Below, in pieces: positions 41,330-53,916 of a stretch of 64,000 nt of DNA. The position numbers were made by a program, and so were the translations under genes. How positions within the stretch are numbered: position 1 is the first letter of the stretch; the number at the start of each line of letters is the position of its first letter. The notes below the pieces were generated by a model. The model saw only the letters and a program-made list of their open reading frames with translations, was not told the origin of the DNA and searched no databases. Location: contig NW_024704743.1 of the NCBI RefSeq assembly GCF_018977255.1, forward strand, positions 71,178,001 through 71,242,000. The letters run 5' to 3'. Source of the stretch: Callorhinchus milii. Taxonomy: Eukaryota.

Positions 41330-41539
41330 GTAAGTGCACAGATTGTTGTGGGTGTTCTGTATATTTGGGTTAACCCAGATCTTTCCTTCAATTCAAACAT
41401 TGGGGTAGAATTGTGTTGCCTGTTCCCACCTCTCTACATTTTCTTTACATATTCCTACGTTTTCTACATGCTCCAAATCAACATAGGAATTGCTGCATTT
41501 AATTTTCAACAAACACCTGAATACTAAGGGATACAAGTT

Positions 41540-42135
41540 AAAGGCTCTGAAACCCTGGTCCATGCTTTTGTCACCTCTTGGCTGGACTATTCAAATGCCC
41601 TCCTCGCCGGTCTCCCCTCCATTACCATTCATAAAATCCAGGTCATACAAAACTCTGCCGTCTGCATTCTCACCCACACCAAACTCCGCTCCCCGATCAC
41701 GCCAGTCCTTGCCAGACTGCACTGGCTGCCTGTCCCAGAGAGGATCGACTTCAAGATCCTTACCCTTGTCTTCAAATCCCTCCACCCGCCTGCACCCCCT
41801 ACCACTCTGACCTCCTCTCTCCTCACAACAGTGCCCGTTGCCTTCGCTCCACCGGGCCTGGCCTCCTCCTCATCCCCCGAGTCCTCCGCTCCACAGTCAG
41901 CGGCCGTGCCTTCAGCCACTATGCCCCGAGGCTCTGGAACTCCCTTCCTCACTCCCTTCGCCTCATCCCCTCTATTCCTATTTTCAGATCTCAGCTGAAG
42001 ACCTTTCTTTTCGACCGCACCTTTGGTCACCTTCCTCCCCCTCCCCCTGACTCGGCCCCGGGATCCGTTACTGTGAAGCGCTCTGAGACACTGTCCAGTG
42101 TGGAGGGCACTATATAAATCCAAGTTGTTGTTGTT
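41540..42135 (+). mobile_element. L2 LINE 3' fragment
   Basis: [24 protein letters not shown] motifs; tail TATATAAATCCAAG(TTG)n. Confidence 0.88.
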
Positions 42136-43065
42136 AACAAGAATTTAGGAATAAGGAAGGAAGTCAGGTACACTTTTTTTACTCCGGGAATATATTATCA
42201 GGGAAGGCCATTAGAGGCCAACCAGAGGACAGTAGGTATCAGAGGGCAAGAGACTTATGGAGGCAACAGGCTTATGGACTTTTTTGTTTGCTAAAACAAA
42301 ATTTTGTTATTAAGGAAATTTAAATATATATTATCCTTCCTGAATAATCCAGTGTGGAGCAGGGGGCTAACTTGAGACTCTCCTTCAGTATCTTTCTTCT
42401 TTATTTCTCATTGGGGATGAGTTGTAACCATGCTGGAGAACTAAGCATTGCCAATGTGGTAGCAAGAGCTAGCCTTTCTCCACTTTACTGTGCAGCGACT
42501 GAACCCTAGGCTCAATAGAGTAGCCATGCAGCTCACATGGAGTTTCTGGTACCTGCTATCCACTGAGTGATACCATCTATGTTAAAAAACTTATGTCCCA
42601 TCACAACTTTCCTTGTGTTTTTGTTTAAATTTACATTCATATTTTTTAATGTCTGTCTGAAATGATTGAATCTAATTTTTTTATATGTTCGATGTTTTAT
42701 ATAACTCTGCTCACACGGCATTTCAATACCCACCACCTTCGCTCAGCTGGCTTCTTCATATCCCTTGTCCTATGGAACTCCCTGCCTCAGTCCCTCTGTC
42801 TTGCCCCCTCTTTGAAAACTGGCATCAATTATGTTTGAGTTCATGAATTTTCCAAAATCTGCACAATCTCATATTTTAAGACAATGGTTTTAAGATCAGG
42901 CACAAGTTTGGTAGAATTACAAGCAATTTTGTTAAGCTACTTTGTTAGTTCTTCTAATACTTCAATATATACAATCCTTGCAAAAAATGAAGAGGCAATA
43001 TTAATAGAGGTCTGATTTATAACAATACATGTGCTTTGTTTTCAAAACTGTTTTTTTAATTGCAG

Positions 43066-43122
43066 ATCTTTGCTGAAGAAGGTCTTAGGTTCTTTTCAAC
43101 TGTGCATGCGTTTTCAAATCAG
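43066..43122 (+). CDS. CTNNAL1: Alpha-catulin small exon (IFAEEGLRFFSTVHAFSNQ)
   Basis: tgcag|ATC...CAG|gtagg; 57 nt, phase 0-0. Confidence 0.93.
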
Positions 43123-43417
43123 GTAGGCTGCTAATCTCTCCTCAACATGCATCTGATAAATAAAGAGTCTTCCAAGACCTGGACTGCCATGCTGATTACT
43201 GGGGAAAGGTTTAGAGAAGGGAGGTTCTCCGGGGTTGTGGCCAATGATCTCCCAAATAAATAAATTGACGACTCGCTTTATGGTTGTTTGTGGAACAATG
43301 CTGTACACAAATAGGCTGCCATGTTTGCCTACAAAATACAATCACTACACTTGACAGTAAATCCTGTGAAGCACTTTTGAGACATTCTCCAAATGCAAAA
43401 GGTTTATTAAAAGACTG

Positions 43418-43835
43418 ATGTCAGCTTGGCTCAGTTGGTAGCAGTCTTGCCTCTGAATCAAAGTTTGTGGGTGCAAGCCCCAGGTTGGGATTTTGAGCGA
43501 ATAAACTTGGCCAACACTCCTGGGGGGTGTTGCATTGTTGGAGGTGCATGTTTGGTGCAAACTGAGATCCCATCTGCCTATTCAGGTGGATGTTAAAGGT
43601 CCTGTATCACTATTTGAAAAGAGAAGGGAATTTTTCCTGGTGTCATAACCAACAATTTAAATTTTAAAATTTAAATTTTAAATTGTTCATTCACTTCATA
43701 GCTCTTTTGGGGACATTGCTGTTTGCAAATTGGCTGCCACGTTCATCTCCAAAATAGTTACTACACTTTACAGTAAATTCTGTGAAGCGCCCTGCCATTC
43801 TGACAACATAATAGTGTTATATCAGATGCAACTGA
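43418..43835 (+). mobile_element. Older DeuSINE-like element
   Basis: Same head and Deu-like core; further degenerate copies at about 38110-38345 (+), 40440-40690 (+), 57990-58260 (-), 10830-11290 (-), 51930-52230 (-). Confidence 0.72.
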
Positions 43836-44447
43836 TTTAGTATTTTATACAACTTCAGGCCAGCATTAATATATTTCAGAAAATCATGTTTGTGGATCTC
43901 TTGCACTACAGTTTCAAAGCCACAAATTAAATTCGATATTTACCAGTTTAGCCTATCCAAAAACCTTTTGGTTTTGGTTCTTGAGAAATTTGATTCAGAA
44001 TCTTATTTATGTGTGAAACAAATAACAATAGGTGGAGTGTGAACATTAAGTTAGGACTTGCTCAAAATCATTATAATCCATTACTTTTAAATCAATTTTC
44101 ATGGATATTTTATTGAACTGTCTACTGTGGGAGTGTCTGGTGAAGCAGTGCGTACACACACTGTGGTTTAGTTATTCAGACCATGTTGCACACAAAATTA
44201 CTGCCATTTGCAGAATAACAAAATTATCACAGACAAATATTCTCAGTCTTTATTTTATTAGCCATGCAATTTGTATTTATTAACTGGAAGATCTGATCTG
44301 AATGAATTAGATACACTGAATGTAGTTTACTGGAAAATGTGCTGTTCCATTTAGTTCTCAATAACAGAATATTAGATTGCAAACAATAATTACTTGACAT
44401 TATTTTGACTGTGACTTAAAACTGATTTGATGTTTTTCTTTTTTCAG

Positions 44448-44567
44448 CTGCAGGAGGAAGAGAAGACAAATCTCCTGCTGGAGGCTGATAAACTCCCTGC
44501 CTTATGTCACCAGCAGCAGATGACCAGTAGGACTCCTGTGCATGGCAAAGCTGCTATCTTTACCAAG
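44448..44567 (+). CDS. CTNNAL1: Alpha-catulin coding exon (LQEEEKTNLLLEADKLPALCHQQQMTSRTPVHGKAAIFTK)
   Basis: tttcag|CTG...AAG|gtcagt; 120 nt, phase 0-0. Confidence 0.92.
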
Positions 44568-45971
44568 GTCAGTTATTTCCTCATTATGTAGAGACCCACG
44601 TATTCTAGAACTGATCTGTAAACATGTTATAGTGGTTCAGTTCAGATTTATTGTTCACAGTTTAATTGTCAATAATGAGACCTAATTTGTAATATTTGCC
44701 AATCGGAACTGTATCATTTGCGACTCCTGGTTTGTGATGTCTGACTTGCAAAATGCACAACAGATTCTTGTCTTCCAAGTGAAAAAAGTCAGAGAGAAGA
44801 CATCAAGCAAAACACCAATTTTGGTAGCAGGCCTTTACTTCAGATTCGCAAGCTGCAAATTTCAGTCTCAAATTCACTATAATTTACACAACAAATCCAT
44901 CTTAAAATTATCACAAATAAGCAGGGAATGTTTTTTGAGAAGATAACTCCATTGGGGGTTGTTAACACTGGAACAAAATTATGGGCTAAACGGATTCTTT
45001 TGTGTGATATGAATGTTTTGTGGTTCTGTTAACAGCGTTGATTACATATTGAAACAGGATCACTGAGTATCCAGAGTAAGATGTGAATTAGTAATTGGTG
45101 AAAGATAAAGGAAGTTAGTGTACATAAATGATCGAATTTGAAGACTCAGTACATGTACAGTAGAGCCACATCACTATTCCGTAGTTGGGGTCCAAATCAT
45201 CTGTAATAACAGTGCTATGATTGCCAGTCACTTGTTCATCATCTCCTGTGTGCTGAAAAACTGATCACCTTCCAGGCCATAAAGTTGCACTCCTATCACT
45301 TCCTGTGCACATCAGAATCACCTAGAAACCTGCCATTGCTAACACGGGTCTGTGACTAACATTGTGACTGTGGGGAAATTGGGGAAAATGTTGCAATCAA
45401 AAATGATGAGATGGCAGTGGTCTTACAAAGAGGATATGCACCTGAGCTGTTCATTAACAATGAAGCTTAAAAAAGATAAGGTACTGCATAGTACTAATAG
45501 GGACTTGCACAATGGATTTAATAATAGGGATTTATGCCATTGATGAAGATCTGAGTGTCAGTTGAATCATCACTCATCATATCAAAACAGTGTGAGGCAG
45601 TAAAAAAAGTACATTCTCAAATTAGTTGAGTTTAAACTCATGCTGAAGCTCGTGATTGATCATATCTGGAGAACAGAACTTCTGACATTAAAAAAAATAT
45701 AATGGGAAAACAGTGGGGTTGGCATTCAGGAAGGATGGGCCATAAGGGTTTTGTTTATCCAAACCTCCCATCATTTTGTATAAAGAAACATTCCTCATTT
45801 ATTTTTTGGTTAGTAAAAATTTTAATAGGAATCTATGTAGCAGTGGTGGCTGCCAGGAGAGATCTGTGCTTAATTGTCATTTCTTAAAGAAAATCTACAT
45901 TAATTGCTGAATACAGTACAGCAGTACTTTAATTTGTTATTGAAATAAAAGGCACTATTGTGTGTTTCTAG

Positions 45972-46055
45972 GTCGACACTTCCATTCAGGAAACTAAGAA
46001 TGTAATGACTGTATTAATGAAGATGCTTTCTCTATGTTACAATCTGTTAAAAAAG
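45972..46055 (+). CDS. CTNNAL1: Alpha-catulin coding exon (VDTSIQETKNVMTVLMKMLSLCYNLLKK)
   Basis: tctag|GTC...AAG|gtaag; 84 nt, phase 0-0. Confidence 0.93.
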
Positions 46056-46658
46056 GTAAGATTGTTTTGTATTACTGATGAATCCTGAACTGCAGTTTAG
46101 CAAGATAGTGTTTGAATTTAGCAGCTAGTAAATAATGCAACTGAAATAATGCAGAACGCCATAAGTTAAATCAAGAACACTTTTAGCAGCAAATAAAACA
46201 ATTCTGAACTCACTTGTGTACCACAGAAATGCTGTTAGAAATTGAGTTTTACTCTTACCATACATGAAAACCAGGAATTCACTTCCCACCCTTCTGTGGA
46301 ATAGTACATTAGTACAATAGTATGTTTCGCCCACAAAATATACAGTCAATTCACTTCACATTATATTCTGTGAAGTGCTTTGAGACGTCTCGAAGACGTA
46401 ATAAGGCGCTATATCAAATGAAAGGATTATTATTAAAATATAATCGACAGAGTCGATTTACTGTATCTTTGAAAACTCAGTTTAACCCTTTTGAGTATTC
46501 AAATTGTTTTAAAGTCGTGTATAAAATATTATGGAATCTAAACCTCATTTAATGACTATTGCAATTCAAGCTACATTTAGTTTCAGTATGTGAACCATGT
46601 TTTGGGGATCAAAATGTTAATCCTGCTCCTTGGTTAAATTGTTTTGTGTGTATTACAG

Positions 46659-46823
46659 TATAAAATGGACAGAACTTTCATGAGTTCTCCCCACGGCTGG
46701 AGAAGAAACCAGTTGCAGACAGTTACCAATGGCGAGAGCTCGGAGGGAAAGAACGGGGATACATTTGGAGTGAAATCTCTGGAAAGGCACATGGCAAACT
46801 TAACGTTTTTGGAGAGTAAATGA
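46659..46823 (+). CDS. CTNNAL1: Alpha-catulin terminal coding exon (YKMDRTFMSS...TFGVKSLERHMANLTFLESK*)
   Basis: ttacag|TAT; 54 open codons then TGA at 46821-46823. Confidence 0.85.
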   Translation, partial: YKMDRTFMSSPHGWRRNQLQTVTNGESSEGKNGDTFGVKSLERHMANLTFLESK

Positions 46824-47823
46824 TGGGCAGCTCTGGAGTGTAGTCATAACTTTAAAATAGCTTTGTCACATGTCCTGTAAATGCTGTGCAGCTCCATCTG
46901 CAGTTTGTCAGTTCCCAGTAACCAACATCCATTTACATTTGTACTTCCCAGTATGAAAGGAACACCAGCGTTACTCTTCTCCAACAGACTCTCTGCTTGG
47001 ACACCTGGCTCCTTCAGAGCTTCTACTTTTAAACAGTATTTTTCTAGCTCTGTAGTATTTAAAATAATATGAGCAGAACTGTTCCTTTGGTTAGTTATCT
47101 CCCTGCAGTGTATTGACGCTGGATTCCCCCGATTAGCTGCTTGTGGTTTGTCTGGACCTTTGCAAAAGATTTGCTTATGCGATTAGTCCTCTGATGCTGC
47201 TATGTCATAATTTTTTTAAGAACAAACTGGATATTACAGGATAAGGAGGTGAACTACTGCTGTTTTAAGTTAATTGAACCAATGATTTTCTCTGCAGGTT
47301 CTTTGCTGACTCGGGTGCATCCAAATCAAGCATACGCTTGGCCTTATCTCCCCTGTATCTATTTCTCCTCCTCCCATTATTGTGTATACATTTCTCACAG
47401 TAAATCTTCTGCAGATCAAAAATTATACCAATGTATCGGATATTATGACATTGCACTTGTATCTCCTCAGAGTTTTCAGAATCTTGGATGGTTTGGGCTT
47501 TCATCCTGAAAGTCTAAATTGGCATCAGAACACACGCAATTTAATTTGAAACCGCTTTTGTTTCTGTAAGATGTAGGTCACAGGAGATTTATAGCAAGGA
47601 GAGTTTCCCTTCCACACCCTTCTTTTTTCCCCCCATAAACACTTTATGTAACATCACCATGTTCAGGTAACTTGATTCTGTCGTGAAGTGGGGTTGGAAT
47701 GTTGATGCATGAACGAACTACTGGAAATTTAGTATAGAAAACTTCTACTGTATTTGTATTACCTGTAAAAGCAGTGTTTTTTATATTTCTCTGATAATTA
47801 ACTTGTAAAGTTATATTTTTTAA

Positions 47824-47829
47824 AATAAA
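47824..47829 (+). terminator. Candidate CTNNAL1 polyadenylation signal AATAAA
   Basis: AATAAA about 1 kb after the stop, in AT-rich context, followed by T/GT-rich sequence. Confidence 0.55.
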
Positions 47830-50047
47830 ATTCTAATTCATTAATCTTTAACATTTTTCTGGTGTTTAATGAACTTCACAAAGGGCATGTTCAGTCAAGC
47901 TGGGAACTTTAAAGATATACATGTTCTCCAAAATACATTTCTCTCAAATGATCCATTTACCAATAGTCTGATACTTTTTCTCTCTGATGCTATTTTGACT
48001 ATGCCCGGTTTAAATATTCAATGTTTGGCATTATATATTGGCAACGGTACAGTATATTATTCAGGAACTGGAGTGATTGACTTGTTCCTCAGCAAAACTG
48101 GTTTACAAAATTCTCACGATTGGCTGTCTGGCTATTCATAACTTGACTCATTCCCACATAAAGAACTTTATTTTTAACCAATTGTTTTAAATAAAGGCTG
48201 TTGGTCAGAATAATGCATTTATAAATACAGTACATATTTAACAACCTCATCAAAAGATGAGGTATGTGACATTTTGCATGTTTACCGAGGTCCACGATTC
48301 TACTGAAATTTAAGGCCAAGTAGAATTACCTTTTAGTAAGGCACAAAATAAAAGTATAATTTCATTAAGACTACACAATCATCAGACCTCATGTTGCATA
48401 ACAGGTTTTTCCATTCACTAAATTACTCAGTGTTTTTATGTAAACTGTTGATAAACAACATTGCTTTCTACTGTATATACAGTAAATCTCACATAAGTCA
48501 TATCAATTGGGACTATACATTTAATATGACTTATGCGAAGTATGAGTTATGTCAAACTTACATAGAATATGAACTCTTGAATGGGACTTGGGCAGATCTA
48601 TGACTTAAGTGATAATACGATTTATACAGATCAGACTTATGTGAGCTTTACCTTAATAAATTTACACTGCTCTCAAACCTGAACTTAGATACACATGCCC
48701 TGCATTGAATAAGTCTTCCACGGCGCACATTCAAATTCTTCAAAAGAACAGTATATGCTTTAATCGCAATAGCAGGACCACTTAGCCCACAAAATACAGT
48801 CACTATACTTTACAGTATATTCTGTGAGGTGCATTGAAACGTCTCAACGACGTGATAAGGAGCTATATCAAATGCAAGGATTATTATTATTACTGCTTGA
48901 GACTTAAAAAAACTGCCAAATATGTTCAAAAATATTTTTGAAAAATCTATTTTCAATTGAAATGTTTTGCACTTGCTGTCGGATGTAAATTCAAGTGCTC
49001 TGAGATGCTACCCCAAGTGAAGGGCGCTATATAAATGCAAGTTGTTCCCCAGGCAAAATGAAGTTGGGAAAGGCAGCCATAAGCTCACAACCCATCATCT
49101 CAATATTTTTTGGTCAGTGTTAAGAGAACTTGCATTTATAATGCACCCTTCGTGCAGGGTAGGGTCTCTGAGTGCCAAACAGTGATGTAGTTTGATGCTG
49201 AGAGGTAGAAAGGGGAGGTCACTATAGAAGTTGAAGAGGAAAGCCTCTGGTGCAATCTGAAGACCGATAAAAAGGGGGCAAGGTGGAGAGATTGAGACAG
49301 AGTTCCAGAGGTTCAGGGTATGATCTATAAATGTAATTTTGTTGTTGTTGTTGTGTAGCTGAAGATGCCGATAGTGAGGTAACTAAAATAGAGTTCTACA
49401 TATATACGCCACCTACAAACAAATATCCCAATGGCCAACATAGAATGCCTATTCTGTCCTTAGAGGCAACACCTTGCTTATTCCAAGAGTATTAGGCGCA
49501 GGTTGGCAAGAACCATGGCTTAAGGCTTCCAGAGTGAGTGTTGGGGTCTTGCTGGAGTTTAATGAGCTAAAACCTCACAGCTTGCCATTGAAAGCACTGC
49601 CTGGCAACCTTCTGCTACTTAACCAACTTGGACTATCCTATCCCTTAGGGCTTTTTTGGGGAGGTGAAGGGGGCTTAACAGGAGCCAAGTGGAAAGAATC
49701 CCTGCCCCAAGTGACTGGTCTGACCCTCCAAGTCCTGCCAATAAGTCAGGCTGGGTGTGCTGTCATCGGCAGTGCCCTGGAATACTGTGGACCCGCCTGC
49801 CTCAGGAACCGTATCTCTGTGCCTGCCACAAAGGGTTGATTCAATTCTAAAATTCTGTCACCAATGCGTCCTTGGAGTCAGTTCAGCTCAAAGACTGCGC
49901 ATACCTCTTTATTCCTCCCCCCAACCCTGGAGGCTAGTCATCTCTCAGTGAACTTTGTACATCAACAAAATCAAAAATGTGCTTGTTCATTTTCCCCTCC
50001 CCCAGACAGTATATTTTAAAGTATCCAAAGGAGACTGCGGATATACT

Positions 50048-50053
50048 TTTATT
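50048..50053 (-). terminator. Candidate ABITRAM polyadenylation signal AATAAA
   Basis: TTTATT on + strand about 530 nt past the ABITRAM stop; alternative hexamers exist nearby. Confidence 0.35.
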
Positions 50054-50140
50054 TGCACCTTATTACCTATTCTCTCTCTGAATCTCATTCAGAAAATACT
50101 GTAAGTCATAAACTGATAAACTTTGACTTCAGCTCAGACT

Positions 50141-50456
50141 TAATAATAATAATCCTTGCATTTGATATAACGCTTTTCACGTCTTCTAGACATCCCAAAG
50201 CGCTTCATAGAATATAATGTAAAGTGAATTGACTGTATATTTGTGGGCGAAACATGGCAGCCAAATATGCACAGCAGTGTCCCACAAACAGTCATAGATT
50301 GAAGTGACCAATTTTTTATTATTGTTTTTTTTCTTCTTGAGGGATTATTATCAGGCGTGTGGAGTAAGGAAACTTGCCCAAGGTTTCGCCCTGGCGGGAA
50401 TCGAACCCAGGTCTTTCGCAAGCGAGCCGAGTGCTCTAAGTACTGAGCTCCAGGAC
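50141..50456 (-). mobile_element. tRNA-derived SINE just downstream of the ABITRAM stop (sense to ABITRAM)
   Basis: Reverse complement family copy, head about 130 nt after the TGA. Confidence 0.88.
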
Positions 50457-50584
50457 TTGGCATTGATTCTGACTAATTACATAACAAAGTTAATATGAAG
50501 CATACTGCTCTTTAAAATAGACAGTTTTACCAATTACTTCAGATCTTTTGTTTGGCGAGAAGCAGTATCCAGCAGTGAATGGTT

Positions 50585-50719
50585 TCAGGATTGTTCTGCC
50601 GTTCTGGTTCTTTTTACAGTAATTTCTTGATACTGTTCCCGGGTGATCAGTGCTTGGGTAATACTTTTGCTTTCTTCGAATTTGGGTAATACAACAGCAA
50701 TGTATCCTTCTGTGGAGGG
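50585..50719 (-). CDS. ABITRAM: ABITRAM terminal exon 6 ([44 protein letters not shown])
   Basis: atccag|CCC...TGA; 135 nt; total CDS 543 nt = 180 aa plus stop. Confidence 0.95.
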   Translation of the reverse strand, partial: PSTEGYIAVVLPKFEESKSITQALITREQYQEITVKRTRTAEQS

Positions 50720-50796
50720 CTGGATGAAAAATAGATTTTAAACAAAGTGAAATAAAAATAAATACAATCAATAATAATATGAGCTGTGTAATTTAC

Positions 50797-50866
50797 CTTT
50801 TCTTGTAGAAGGCTGGGCTCCTGGAGTATGTTTTCATTTACTTCCAACAACCGTCCTCTGATACAA
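50797..50866 (-). CDS. ABITRAM: ABITRAM exon 5 ([23 protein letters not shown])
   Basis: ttacag|T TGT...AAG|gtaaat; 70 nt, phase 2-0. Confidence 0.95.
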
Positions 50867-51824
50867 CTGTAATAAGAGGACGATTGGTATATCAATAGAA
50901 TCCCTGGTCTTTGAGAAGTGCTAACAAATAACAAACCTCTTCCTGAAATCACTGTAATAGCGCAGACTCTGGAACTGTTTTTTAGCATCAATCCTCTATG
51001 CACTCAGACATGAACTTTAATTGTAAACTGAGGCACTAACATTTGCAACTTAACATATGGCATATAATTTGATTGGAAGAATGAGTATCAAATGGCAGTA
51101 GATTGCCCATTTCCACAGTGAATTACTTTTTACAACAATGAAGACAAAAGTTTTGACTCCGGAGCATACAAATCAAGCAGAGGTCTAATTAAAATGTAAC
51201 AACAGAATAGTATCATTAAGGGACATTTTTAGCCATGTCAGGGGATGACATTGAGCAGAGACCAAAGCAAGATTTGGGAGACACTGAACACTGCTGATTT
51301 GCACTCATTAGCATTTAACAGCAAACTCTGGCTATTCTTAGAAAATACAACATCATGCTAACCAGGAGTACAAAGCCATGATCCACATGTGCAATGACAT
51401 AAGTCTAACTTTCCCAGGGAGAACGGCACCAGATGGTGAAATAAACCTAGCTCGGACCTGATCTAAATATAAAATGTACTGTAAATTGCCCCCCAAAAGA
51501 TGGTCTTCATCACCAGTTTATATGGTGCCACAATACTAAAAATCATTGTTATTGTATCCAGAATTGACGGAGAAATTGACTAGCATCTGGGACTTGTTTC
51601 CACTGTTGCATTTAAAATAAAACTGATGTCCTTATGTAAACTTCTTTATTTACTCCACTCCTCCAACCCTTACACAAGTTGCCATTCACTTGTTAATTAA
51701 TTGGACATTCCAATTAGTGTTACATTTACGAAGACTTTCTACACAGCAATTTTCAATAGCTGTAGTTATTCAGTGAGTTTTAGTAAACATTAGTAAACAC
51801 ACATCTTCAGAGTAAAAGTCTTGC

Positions 51825-51901
51825 CTGTATATTGTATACTCTTCACCATCTGTACATTTTATCCTGCACAATGGGGCAAGCTCAGTGAGAAACTGTCCAC
51901 C
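51825..51901 (-). CDS. ABITRAM: ABITRAM exon 4 ([26 protein letters not shown])
   Basis: tttcag|GGT...TAC AG|gcaag; 77 nt, phase 0-2, GC donor. Confidence 0.93.
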
Positions 51902-52913
51902 CTGAAAAAGATTAATCATAATATAATAATCATCTTTGCATTTGATACAGCACTTTATCATGCAGTTGAGACATCTCAAAGCGATTAACTGTAACTTGTA
52001 GTGATGGTATATTTGTAGGCAAACGTGGTAGCCAATTTACACGCAGCAGTTCCATGAAGTAAATGACCAATTTTATTTGGGAAATTAATGCCCACCTGAA
52101 CAAGCAAATGGAACCTCAACTTAATGTGTCATCTGAAGGATGGAGTACCCTTCATTGGGTTATCAGTATAGACCATGAGTTCAAAGCCCTCATGTGGGGA
52201 CTCATAAGCGAGGGTAGCCCAGTTGCAGATTGGTAATGTTGAAGAAACCATATAAATCAAACTTAATGTAGGTGATATTCTGTTTAGTAATCTTAATGAT
52301 CTGCATGAGTTGTTCTTAGTATTGTATAAGCTAATTGTGTGAAGATCTTTACATTTCAAAGAATGCTGAATAACTCATTAAAATTCTTTTAAATACAATG
52401 ATTTGAAAAATATATAAATTTCATTTAAAAATCAAAATAAAATTAATTCAAACTTATCTTCCTATCAGTCTTTGTAAAAACATACAATTAGGAAACTCCA
52501 TGTTAGTAAATTGTCCAGTGTCCAAGGGACCTGCCCTCCATAGCTCCTTGATAACAAAAGGACGATTGATATGTTCCCGAGCAGCTCTACACACTGCAAT
52601 GGGAACCAGTATTTCAGACCAGCTGGGAGCAGATTCATAGTCAGACAACTCAGTGAAGCCCTCTGCTGGCTGAATATACAGCAATGCCCAGATGGCAGTG
52701 CATTTCTGCTGTTTGGTTCATTACTGTGCTGCTATGATTCTCTTCCAGACACGCACTACTGATCTCCCCAAGATGTCATCTGATAGATTGAAAGAGAAAA
52801 GGAGATCTTAGTAACGCTTGCCTGCCTCTCTTTATCGGCAAATAAAGCATGGTGGTGGTTTGGGGAGGAAATGGGATGGATTAGAATAAAATTGAAGACT
52901 TTTAATATCTTAC

Positions 52914-53043
52914 CCGTTTTGATTTCCCAGTGACCTTGTTCTGAAGTCGGCTGCAGTTGGCACTGATTTGGTAGTTTATACTTTGAATTTTTCTCCCACT
53001 TTGTAAGAGAGGATGAGATTCTGCCAGTGTGATGACACACAAC
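52914..53043 (-). CDS. ABITRAM: ABITRAM exon 3 ([43 protein letters not shown])
   Basis: catag|G...CGG|gtaag; 130 nt, phase 2-0. Confidence 0.95.
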
Positions 53044-53165
53044 CTATGACATATAGCAATGAGCTTGTTTTAATTTCTATGATTCTACCAGGCAACACTT
53101 TCAATGCCAATTGCAATGTGCAAAAATCAATTACAAAGATTACAAAGTAGTAGTGTGACACCTAC

Positions 53166-53217
53166 CTGTTAGAATGTTGTAAGACACAGTGATCTTCACA
53201 AGGTTTTCCTTTAACAT
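53166..53217 (-). CDS. ABITRAM: ABITRAM exon 2 ([18 protein letters not shown])
   Basis: ttccag|AT...AG|gtagg; 52 nt, phase 1-2. Confidence 0.95.
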
Positions 53218-53236
53218 CTGGAAAACAATATAGTGC

Positions 53237-53770
53237 AAACAAACAAATTACATTTGTACAGTGCCTTTCACGTCGGGAGGACGGCCAAAGGCGCTGGACA
53301 GTTAGAGATTTGGACCCGAGTTGCGGGTTGATATCAGGAGTGGAGGGCAGGAAGGGTAGGAGGGTGACCTGAAGGCGCGATCGAAGAGAAGTCTTGAGAT
53401 GGACCTTGGAGGCAAGGGAGGGAGCGAGGCGAAGGGACTATGGGTTGGAGTTCCAAAGGGAGGGGGCAGAGATGCTAAAGGCCCTCTGCCAATGGTAGGG
53501 TGGGCTGAGCGGGGGAAGTAGAGCAGGCTGGATCCTGCTGAGTGAAGAGAACAGACAGGTCGGTTGGGGGTTAGCAGGTCATAGGTAAGGAGGAGCAAGA
53601 CCTTTGAGAGCTTTAAAGGCGAGGATGAGGATTTTGAACTCTATCATTTGGGGGATGGGGAGCTTGGCGTGGATAGGGTCACAGAGCCTGGTGTGAGGGA
53701 GGACACAAGCTGCAAAGTTCTGGATGATCTGCAGATTGTAGCGGGATGAGTTGGGAAGGCTGACAAGCAG
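53237..53770 (-). mobile_element. L2 LINE 3' fragment in ABITRAM intron 1 (sense to gene)
   Basis: Reverse complement of the L2 3' region and tail. Confidence 0.82.
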
Positions 53771-53916
53771 TACGGTCAGCTACATTTATGTGAAAGGTCC
53801 TCTACAAATACAAGCTGCTTGTATAAAAGAATTAAAAAAATGCAGGCTGCATTCCCACTGCCTCCCTCAGAAATCTATTTGTTGAAACCTAAGCTCAGAC
53901 TCAGGAAGTGGAACAG

